Of a stretch of DNA of 64,000 nt, positions 28,638 through 39,120 are shown piece by piece; the stretch's first letter is position 1; the number at the start of each line of letters is the position of its first letter. The translations under genes and the position numbers were made by a program. Source of the DNA: Vermamoeba vermiformis (Eukaryota); contig JBEWZL010000209.1 of NCBI GenBank assembly GCA_045837725.1, positions 186,001 through 250,000 on the forward strand. Reading direction: 5' to 3'. Below the pieces are notes generated by a model. That model did not search any database. It was given only the letters and a program-made list of their open reading frames with translations, and had not been told where the DNA came from.

Positions 28638-29926
28638 ATGAGCAGTCATCACATTACGCTCGTATCTGGACGCTGCGGCGCAGGTGCCGGAGACAAACAA
28701 GCAAGAATGCTGATCAAGTGGATCGAAGAGGATCAAACGGGCAGAGCGTCATGCAGTCTATGCAAGCGTGCAATTAAATCGGGCTCCTTGCGGCTTATTG
28801 TCAAGAATGGCCGCTATGACTATCGAGTGCATTTAAGTTGTTGGAAGGTCAGTACGGATCCTGCCAAACTGTGCAATATTATGACTCTCTTTATACCCTA
28901 GATACGTCCAAATTTATACTAAAATTGCTTTATACTAAATATTTATTTGCATAATTAACCATACGTCAGCTCGAGCCTATCATCGAACCGACCATTTTCC
29001 CTGGTTTCGAAGATCTCAGTCAACCGAACAAGCAAGTAGTACAGGAGTACTGCAACAAAATCAATGGTAAATAAATATGTCTTTTTTTCGAAGAAATTGT
29101 TGACACTTGTCCGTCAGGATCCGTACTCGGAAAACGAAAGGCTGAGGATGATCCAAACGAGAAAAGCTCAAAGAAAGTATGTGTATACTGTGAATACTTG
29201 CACTACTACTGCTGGTCTAATTGGTGCAGATTTGTTTGGAGAGTGAAATGGATGAAAAGGTCTGGGATTACGAAGCTGGCTGTCCGATCAAATCTGTGCC
29301 TTCGGAGATATTCGACATCATATTCAACAATCTCGATGAGAAGTCGGTCATGAGACTGGCGCTTACGTGCAAGAAAATATTAGTTCTGGGAACCGCTGAA
29401 GACAAGTGGCAACGTACGTAGTTACGCGCGGATCTGGCAGTTTTATCAATTTTGATTTAGGTATGGTCGAGTCTAAGTGGCCTTATTTACTGCACATGAA
29501 AGTTGATGAAGGACAGCTGTGGATCTCGTTTTATCGAACTCTTCGTGATGTGAGTATTTGACGCTTTGTGGCACTTTAACTCCTACGTACCTCTCATCCA
29601 AAACTTTTCGCGACTACTTAATTATATTATTTCGGGCTTGTTTGTACTAAGGATGCTTTTTTTAGCACACTTGCGTCCATTGCTTGAAGCCTACACCGCA
29701 CTATTTTCCGCCACTCAACGGCAAGTTGTGCGAGAAGTGCCGTGGTCTTGGTCAGTACATCACACGGCCTAAGGCTTGGGCCAAACGAAAGTACAATTTG
29801 AGCGACAAAGACATGAAACATTTGAAGTTCTTCAAGACGAACACTTGCAACGCTTATTTAGAGTCAGAAGTGATAGCTCTGGCCAAATCTCTCGGCAAAA
29901 TAGAAGCGGAGGGCGACGATGAGTGA
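28638..29926 (+). CDS. PARP-type zinc finger / F-box / XPA-like zinc-binding domain protein, multi-exon (start codon uncertain)
   Basis: GRASCSLC...HLSCW...PGFEDLSQPNKQVV (zf-PARP pattern); VPSEIFDIIFNNLD..SVMRLALTCK (F-box); CVHC...LCEKC...ITRPKAWAKRKYNLSDKD...YLESEV (XPA-like). Confidence 0.72.
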
Positions 29927-29989
29927 ATACCGAAAAAAAGCTCATTGGATGTACTATAATAAATTAGTAGACTAAGCTTTGACGAGGAT

Positions 29990-31344
29990 TTACTCTTTGA
30001 TCCACAATTGTACATTTTTAGGTCTGCAACCGGGCAGATTATCAAAGAACTCTTTAATTTCTTTGTCTTTGTACCGTGTACTGAAGTGAGTCAATACCCA
30101 GCTGATGTTCTCGTACTTGCGCACGTAAGGTTCGAGCTCTTTCCAATGTACATGCAAAGCTCCTCGTGCAAGGTCTATAATACTAATGTTAGTTCAATTT
30201 TCGATGAATAATTGAGCAAAATAACGCATCCGGATCTGGCTATTAATAAAGTTCGATTTTCTTGGCTCATATTTTAAGTGTTATTATTTACCTTGATGCT
30301 CATCGAATAAGAATGTACATTCGGTAATAATAACGGGGTAGTCAAAGAGAATTGGATTCTTTTCAAACACCTCGCAAGTAGTGTCGCCTAAGAACGCGAA
30401 ACAAGGCACCGATACATCTTGATATATGACTGTACCATTCTTCCGTAGTTCTGCTATCTCTTTACCTGTCAAATCGCTCGAGAATTAATCGAGATCCGGC
30501 AACAAATATTTCTTCGAATTACGTACCAGGTTTGTCCGCGTATTCAGGTTTTAATTTCTTACGCTGTTCGCTGAATAAGTAGCCTACCGTAGGCACAGAA
30601 TGAAAGCACTCTATAATGCGTACATTGTAGTCTTTCTTATTGCACTGAACGATGTGTGTTTGACCTGGTTCAGATCTGTGCAGTACATAAGGCTTCTGTT
30701 GCTCGCGCGGAATGAACATTGAGTTGTTCATCTCTTGGGCACTAATAGCATCGGTGTATTAGTTAATTATGTTAGAAAAACGACAAGCAGTAGTCAATCT
30801 GGATGCCACCGCTTTGATTCAATACACAATTTCGCGTTCAATTCTAATTTAATACGATAAAGCCTTTGACGAATAGTAAATATGAAAATATTCTAGTTGG
30901 CGTCGTAATTGAGTTGTACGGCATCTGATCGACTGTTAAACTTACCTATGCAAGAAATTGCGCGTATATTCTTCGATTTGTTTAGGCACGAATAATTGAT
31001 TCGGTTCTATAGATACAAATGCAGGTTGAATCGCTGGCAAGTACATTGCATGATCCTGCAATTAAAAATTAATTTTAAATCGAATTAAAATTGTAAATAA
31101 TAGACTTACCATATGAGAGTGCGTTAAAAAGAATTTAGTAGCGAAGTACGATTTGTGAATCCCTCCAATATCAAGCTGGATTTTCAACTCGGGGATGTAC
31201 TTTTGAAAATCGATTAAAATTCAGTTCAATATGAATTAGTTTCGCTATACTTACAAAAAATGTTGCATCAGCTGCTTTAGAATATCCTGCTAACGTTAAT
31301 TGTTGTTGTGGGAACTTCCATGTCAATAAATCAATAAATGACAT
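29990..31344 (-). CDS. Short-form tRNase Z-like metallo-beta-lactamase, multi-exon
   Basis: GYSKAADAT, LDIGG, THSHMDH metal motif, HSVPTVGY, AFLGDT, ITECTF, HVHW and HFSTRY. Confidence 0.88.
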
Positions 31345-31822
31345 TTTGGATGTACTTCACTGATATGCGTATTTTCTTGTGGTAACGTTAAGACAGTGCT
31401 AATAATGAATAAATGGAGCTCTAACAGCAATTTAAATAATTTATCGAACCCCATTTTTCGGACTGAGAAATTAAGCGGAAGAGGGGAGACCAAACCTGAT
31501 GATAATATCAAGTAATTACGACATAAAATACATTTTGATTAATATATTTAATGGATACAACGCGTACGAGTTTGTAGCGGTTTTCAAAATTGCGCACGTA
31601 AAAACATACGAAGAATCTTGCCTCATACCCTTTTGTCGAAGATTTCGATTGCATTGCCATGATTTCTGATATTCCTTCGTGGAAACAGTCAATTTTGTGT
31701 CTTTACTTTTCTTTTCTTGATTTTTTGTAAAATTTCCGTTGAATTTCAAGTTTATTGCTTAATTTTTTCGCTTCGGGAATTTGCGGTTTTATTATTCACT
31801 TGCGATCAATACTACAACACAA

Positions 31823-32888
31823 ATGGGCAAGAAGAAACTTTCTAAGTGGTAAGTCCTACGCAGTCACGCGAGCTTTGGATCTGACTGAAATGATCCTGGG
31901 AGTCGTTACTGTTTCAACAATATTCTAATACGAATTTATTTAGTGCTATTGCAGCTATTGTTATCTGCTCTGTATTCGTCGTTACAGCTGGTTTGTTGGT
32001 GGCCTTCTTGTTCCCGCGAAGTAAGAAATTAATTTTTAAATTTTATTTGACTTGATTATGACGGAATTGGTCATAGAGTTAAATATCATAATATAATCTA
32101 TTAGATTTGATGTTCTAAAAATTTAAAATTTTAGTTCTAAGCCGGATCTAACACTTTTGAATTTTAGTGCCATCAGTAGAGGTAGTTGATAAGAAAGTCA
32201 GCTCATTCCAGGTCCAACAGTCACCACCAAGCTTGGAAATGAATATAACGGTAATATTTCAAAACGATCCGTTTTAAACTTTGATCTAACAATTTTAATT
32301 AATTGCAGGTGATTGTCAACGTCTCGAATCCAAACTTTGTTGATATTCAAGGCAAAGAACTCTTATTGGACATCTACTATCAAAGCTATGATATCGGCAC
32401 TGTCGATAAGAAGGACTTTGTATTCCCTAAACTTTCAAACTCCGTAAGTGTCAAAACAAATCCATTGCAATTTTATAATTTACAAGAATGTTATCGCTAA
32501 TTAACGTCTCACGTTATGTCACGCTTAATTAACCGAATTTTTCCGATAGACTCAAAACGTCCCAGTCGTGATCACAGCAGGCGCCGAACAATCAGTAGCC
32601 ATTGGCTTAATGGCCGCTGAATTGGCTTCTAGTGGTAAAGGTAAGTCCTATCATACCATATTTTAGTATTTAATTGTTTAATGTAATTTCAATTCGTTAC
32701 GCAAACTCGTAAATTTATGTGATTTATCGTTAATCTCTGCCTCAATCTCCGTATTGGTATTTCTAAGCTACACGTGATTAATATGTCCTTATTTAGTGCA
32801 TTACAAGGCGAAGGGCAATATTACAGTGACGTACATCGTCGTTACAGCGACATTCGACTTGGAGTTTGAGTTCGATGCCTCGCCTTAA
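31823..32888 (+). CDS. Single-pass membrane protein with an LEA_2 (WHy-like) domain, multi-exon
   Basis: Hydrophobic N-terminal helix ending FLFPR, followed by VNVSNPNFVDI...IYYQSYDIG, the typical LEA_2 NPN motif. Confidence 0.8.
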
Positions 32889-33037
32889 TCTAATAATGTA
32901 CTAGCTATTTATATTTAGCGAATTCCTTGTAAATAAGCTGAACGGAACCAAAAAATAAAGCGTATTATCCTTAAACAAAACGTTGTACCGGCAATAAATT
33001 GTTTATATAAAACAGAAGTTAAATAGAACAATATTAT

Positions 33038-34697
33038 TTACAATTTGCTCTTTTTGGTCTTCGCGCCTTCTCTCTGATAGTACAACGGCTTCTCACCATT
33101 TACTTCGATAATTTCTTTTGGTCGCTCGACAGCTATGTTGTCAGTAGCACTAGTGTTGCTGGTATTGGACTTGGCACTTGTTGTACCCGCTTTCTTGGTG
33201 CTCTTCTTTTGTTCTCGTTGGTAGTACAAAGGCTTTTCACCGTTCTCTTCCACGATCTCTTTGGATCGCGCGACAGTTTTGTTATCGTTAGAGCTTGGGG
33301 TGCTAAAAGAAGGCTTAGTGCTCGACGAACTTGTACTCTTAGCACTAGCGCCTGTACGACGCGGCCAATAATCTTTGATTTGCGGCGATACTTCGAACAC
33401 TGCACCACCACCCCTAAGACACAGATAGTGTTAGTCTCGGCCAAGTAATTTTGGTCCGATATGCAATTACTATGTAATTATTGCTATAGTATCACTGGAC
33501 TACGTACATTTTCTTCAAATCAAAAGTGAGCTCGACAAACACATTGATCACATCCTCCGTCGTCATCAAGCCACCTGATTGACTCTCCATGAACTTCAAC
33601 ACCTGTAGCGACACGGAGTTAGTGGTGTCATATTGTCACATGCTATAATGCATGACGTACATCAGGGCCGTGCGTGGTGATTAAAGGTGTCACTGTGTAC
33701 GTCGGACAAACTGCCACGACACGGATGTTGAAATCTTTGTGCAAGTTTTTCAGTGAACGTGTCAAGTGCACGACAGCTGCTTTAGTTGCGGCGTAAATTG
33801 GCGCGTGGTACTGAGGGTAAATGCCCGCTGTAATTGTACGTGAAAATTAATAAAATGTGCATTATAATCGTCAGAAATGTCAATGATAGCTTTGCATAAT
33901 TAATAAAAAATATATATAATGGTTCATAATTACCAGCAGAAGCAGTATTGATAATTAATCCGCCTTGTTCGTTCTTTTTGAGCTCTTGAATGGCAATTTG
34001 AGTGCCGTAGAACACGCCCATCATATTAATATCAACTACTTTCTTCCACTTCTCCGTTGATTCGAGTACAAAATCTTCCATAGGGAATGCAATGCCTGTT
34101 CATGCAACAATTTGATGAATATTCGGTGGATTGTCAGATCTGAAATGAATTCATAAATAACGACGTACCTGCATTATTGACCATAATATCGAAGCGACCA
34201 AATGACTTGGAAGCTAAATGGAATATTAATAATTTCGATCTGTCAATCTGAAAAATTTCAATTTCTATTTCATGCCTGTCTTAACAGCGTTTTCCACGCT
34301 TGAGCGTTGAGTAACATCACATTGAACAAATGTAGCGCTATTAGGTTTAATTTCATTCAATTCTGTTGCTACTTGAGTTCCGTCTTTGGTATTCAGATCT
34401 GCAATGACTACTCGTCCTCCTGTAATAATTAGAAAGATTTATTATAATAAATTTAGTATTAAAATTAAAAAAAATAAACGAGCATATTTGATTGCAAAGT
34501 ACTCTATAGATATTTGGGATCACAATAATTACCTAACGAGACGTATTTATGCGCTAATGCTTTGCCGATGCCTGAAGCACCACCTAAATACTGAGTTAAT
34601 TTTATTACGATCGTGCGAAAATTTTTAAGATCGCGCGGCCAGATGGCGCCTAACTAAGCTTACCAGTAATGACTGCGACTTTGCCGTCAAGGTTCAT
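33038..34697 (-). CDS. Short-chain dehydrogenase/reductase (15-PGDH-like) with a repeated C-terminal extension and PTS1 (SKL)
   Basis: VAVITGGASGIG, DIMVNNAG, IINTAS and catalytic YAATK. C-terminal ...KKSKL*. Confidence 0.88.
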
Positions 34698-34875
34698 TCT
34701 GCAAATATTCGTGTTGTTCTTATAAAAGTTCTATCAACATGCTCGTGAGATTACAAGACGAACACACCCACAAATTTCTGTGATTGCGAAATTTATGCGG
34801 AGAAGAGTGGCTTAAAAGCAACTTTTGACACGAATTATCATTATCTCACCTTTTCTAAGCAGTTAACCACACATC

Positions 34876-35571
34876 ATGCTCAACGAAGACATCATTTTGG
34901 ACACTAAACCAGATCTACGCTCCCGAAGAAAAGTCGTCCAAGGCGCAGATTGCAGAAGAACTGGCAATACACTTAGGAAACTCAGACTGGCTGAAGAACG
35001 CAAACATCATTATAGTTATATTATTCATTATACTCTGAACGAACACGGGCAACTTTGCACGGACGTGACTCGAAGTCTTAACAAACATAAGAGATGGGTG
35101 GTTGTTGAAGAGCTTGAAGAGGAATGGAATAATGATTGTAATGAAAATAATATCACCGATGAAAGTGCACCAGTTATTACCAACACTCATCATTTTAAGA
35201 AACCCACAATCAGATGGACCGAGGAGAAACTTAAGAACCGTTTGCTAAAGGCCAACGAAGATATTAATAACGATCAAGAAAATGTTGAAAATGAACCTGC
35301 AGAGAATAATGTAGAAACTGCCGACAACGAGCGAAGAAAACTTCGGATGGGGCGCAAAGGTTTTGTGGGTGCCAAACGAACAGATCAAGCTACAGAAAAA
35401 CAAGCTCCTCCTTGCAAGACTAAGTCACTTTATGAAGTTTTAAAACTGCCTCAGCGTGGTGTTTATCCTTTGAACCGCGTCACTTGCCGCTGCTCTTACT
35501 GCAGACCTCGTACCAAGAAAGGCAAACACAAGGAGACCGCTATGGCTAGAAAAATCGATTTGATGCTTTAA
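34876..35571 (+). CDS. Hypothetical basic protein, intronless, with a CxCxxC motif
   Basis: 231-aa ATG-initiated ORF, divergent from the SDR gene and followed by AATAAA. No family recognised. Confidence 0.55.
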   Translation: MLNEDIILDTKPDLRSRRKVVQGADCRRTGNTLRKLRLAEERKHHYSYIIHYTLNEHGQLCTDVTRSLNKHKRWVVVEELEEEWNNDCNENNITDESAPVITNTHHFKKPTIRWTEEKLKNRLLKANEDINNDQENVENEPAENNVETADNERRKLRMGRKGFVGAKRTDQATEKQAPPCKTKSLYEVLKLPQRGVYPLNRVTCRCSYCRPRTKKGKHKETAMARKIDLML

Positions 35572-35722
35572 ATGTATTATAGAATAAAACTTGTATTATA
35601 ATCCGAAACAACAGGGGTCACTTACTAGATCTAGATCAGCCCATTTAAATCTGCCGTTCAATGTTTCGCTAAGTTAACGTTTAATAGTTATGGTATACAT
35701 ATGTACGCGCTAGTATTGTACT

Positions 35723-36665
35723 TTACTGGAAGTACTTGGCGTAATTGGGATTGGCAAGCATTTGACGAATCACGTCTTGCGTCTCTTTCATACCCTTGTT
35801 CAACATTTCCTCGCGCAACTATGTAAACAAGTTAATATATATTCGATAGTAGAGGGCAAGCATATTATCGAGTATAATGATTAGCCACAAATAATAATTA
35901 GAGTGTTACCTTTAACTTCTTAATTTCAGCTTCGCACGCGCTAATTTGACCGCTCAATTCAGCCTTCAAATCTTTCAAAGGGGTTTGTAAAAACCTAAAA
36001 ATATGTATCAGTATCGGCTATAATATAGTACAACCATTAATAGCAAAAAAGTAAGTCATCAAAACTGTTGGATTAAAAGCAGAGATCCGATCTACATCAA
36101 TTATGTAAAGCAAACGGGATCATATGTTATCTTGCTATTTTTAGTATCGATCGTGCGATATTGTTGATACATCGATGTATCATCGGACTCGAGTCCGAGG
36201 TTGAATCATATCAAATTATACGTGTAATTCTGGTATTACTTACATTCGACCTAAAAAAATCAATATTAGCAAAAAAAATTAGTATAAAATATTTATAACG
36301 CATACCAACTGGTTTATATGATTTAACATTCTCTGGAAATTCGTTGAGGTCTTTTTGTGTTTGAAGTCCTTTTGATCGTTCTCTTTCGTTCAAATTTGTT
36401 GTGGCTTTTACTGAATTTAATTGTCTTGTAATATCAAAAAATTTATTTTGAATCTCAATCGCTCCCTACAATAATAAAACAATTATTAGTCAAATCCAAA
36501 TAAAATATTGCTAATATTTAATGCAACATATTCTCATTAGTGTAGTTAACGTTTTACTCAATAGTATTAGTATAGTAGTGTTAATAAAGAGATTACAATT
36601 TCACACAAAATATTATTTGGGATCGAGTTTGATCGCCTCCGTACCTTCTTATAATCGTCGGCCAT
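35723..36665 (-). CDS. PFDN1: Prefoldin beta-type subunit (subunit 1-like), multi-exon including a 7-nt microexon
   Basis: Coiled coil - KSYKPVGRMFLQTP - coiled coil. The GRM codons are supplied by microexon 36244-36250. Confidence 0.8.
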
Positions 36666-36876
36666 TCTTTATTATACAGTTATTGTAATATCAGGTGTCT
36701 TCTTCCACAAATTTGGTGCACAAAATGATTGCACGGTCAGCGTCAGCCAAGAACTTTCCAAGCGACCACAGATCAACACAAAACCAACTCACGAGCAAAG
36801 ATGATTTGTCTTCTTTGACGGCGAGAATACCACCACCAATCATATTTATTTGTTGATGGAAACATACTCTGAGAAA

Positions 36877-38940
36877 ATGAAAAGAAAGCGAGAAGAAGCG
36901 AATGCGAATAGAAAGCAACAGCATCCTGTTAAGAAGTCAAAATTATTGCCTGAATCTGTCGATAAAACGGTTATTATATTACTAGGTATGTCATGATGGC
37001 TTAGTAGCTAAACCAATTATTTTTCAATATTAAATATCTGATCTCGATATTATTTTAGGGCCACCAGCAATTGGTAAAGGAACCCAAGCAGCACTATTAT
37101 CTAAACAATATTCGCTTCATCACATTTCAATGGGGGAATTATTGCGCGCAGCTAGTGAAGAAGAAGGAGAACGAGGACAATACATCCGCGAACACTGGAC
37201 TGTAAGTTGACGTTATTTTAATAATTTACTAGAATTTATTTTAGTTTATCTACGTGCAAAGGATACTAACATATCGAATTTAATTAGCTAAAAGATCTAA
37301 ACGAGATTGCGTTTCAACTGCTGCAGACTGAGATCCAAAATCATTTGACAGACGATTCAGTGAAGGGATTGATTATTGACGGCACTCCAAAGACTATTGA
37401 AGGAGTGTTTCAGCTCAATACAGTACTCACCGACTTCGGTCTAAAAGTAAATTGCGTGTTTTTAATGGAAATAGCTGATCTGGACGTATTATCGAATAGA
37501 TTGAAGCAGCGCGTTGAAGACAGCAAAGAAAAGCAACGAAATGACGATAAAGAAGGTGTTTTGGACGTTCGACTTGCAAATTTCTTCAAGCAGATAGAGC
37601 TCGTGCAACAATACTACGAGAAACTAGGTCTATTATTCAAAATCAATGCGGCGCATGAAAAACAAGTCGTATTCGAGGCAATTAGCAGTATCATGGATAA
37701 TTTGCCACAAAAGATCAATATCAATCAAACCAAAGTTGCGCACGAGAATGACATTGCAATGAAGTCCATTCAGAGACAGTTGAAGAGCAATCAACTCAAT
37801 ACCGATTTAATCGGCGAGATTGTTCAAGTAAGTTAGATGAATAATATCTAATTTGGGAGCGGTGTACTGACATCTTTATTCAGGACGCGGATCAATGGTC
37901 TCACATGCTGCAGCAATTGCTGAAGTGCTGTCGCGCTAAGATTTGGACTTTTCCTGGCAAAATTCCAGTGAATATGACGAAGCAGTCCATGTGTCAAATG
38001 AAAAGCGAGGATTGGCTCGTGACATCCAAGGCAAACGGTAAGTCCCGCTTTAAATCTTTTTGTATATAGGAGCATAATTATTAATAGTATATTAATAGGC
38101 ACGCGCTATTTACTGTTTATTTATCAGCAAAAAGCGTACTTCATCAATCGCAAGCTCGACTTTTTCCATGCCCCACAAGTCAACGTGTCATCTCACCAGC
38201 TCTATTCAATAATCGATGGTGAGATGGTGATTGAAGCTGCAGACGAGAGTGACAGTGATAAATCATCGTCGTCTTTGCGGTTCCTCGTTCACGACGCGCT
38301 CTACTTGGACGGCAAGTACGTCGGAGGCTTGACATTGGTCGATCGAATGCAACGTGTCAAAACAACTGTCAACAAGATCTCAAACGACAAAGGACACGAG
38401 TACCCGGCTATATTCGTGAGCACCAAGAAATATCATCCGATCTACCAGCTGAAGCACGTGATCAATGGAGTTATTCCGCAAGAGCGGATCAAAAATGATG
38501 GACTGATCTTCGCTTACAAGTATGGCAAATACAAGCTCGGCAAGGATGAATCTACGCTCAAATGGAAGCCACTCGAGCAGTGCACGGCTGACTATGTGGC
38601 TAAAAATAGAACAGTACTGCCGGACCAGGAAGGTGGCAAAAAGATCCGGTTTGAATTGTTTATTCAAAAGGGCCCGCAACTCATGCAAAGCGACGAACAT
38701 ATTATAATGGACGAGAAGCACGAGCTGTTTGATCAGCTGCAAGACGACATGATCGTGGAGTGCCAGTTGGTGGCAGATTTGCCTGACCAAGCATTTTCCT
38801 GCGTTCCGCTCAAAATCAGAACGGATAAATCGCATCCTAACGCGGACTGGGTACTCTCTAGCCTTAAGAAAACTGTCTTGGGGTGGAAAGAGGTTGAAAT
38901 AAACGCCATCTACGAACATTTTGAATTGAGCGCAGAATAG
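36877..38940 (+). CDS. Adenylate-kinase-like P-loop kinase fused to an mRNA guanylyltransferase (Ce1-like architecture), 595 aa
   Basis: Exons 36877-36985, 37059-37201, 37288-37827, 37884-38037 and 38099-38940 (1788 nt in frame). Kinase: [31 protein letters not shown]. GTase: FPGKIPV, motif I SKANGTRY, III IIDGEMV, IIIa FLVHDAL, IV DGLIF, V LKWKP, OB-fold IVEC and [10 protein letters not shown]. Confidence 0.9.
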
Positions 38941-39120
38941 GCTTAAAGTCCTCTTTATTGACGTGTAAATATGTAAATAAATGTTTGATATCGGAAAAAA
39001 GCAAGTTCTAAGGAGTAGTAAGTTGATTTTTCGTGTTTATGTTACAGGACGATACACCACAAGATCTAACAGTCATATGAAATAGTATTGTAGAGACATT
39101 ATTGTATATACGTTTGAATC

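Noticed and set aside
37884-38940. RNA or DNA ligase interpretation of the nucleotidyltransferase, prompted by the KANG motif
   Set aside because: FPG..PV upstream of motif I, LKWKP, and the OB-fold IVEC and RTDKSHPN motifs are characteristic of mRNA guanylyltransferases.
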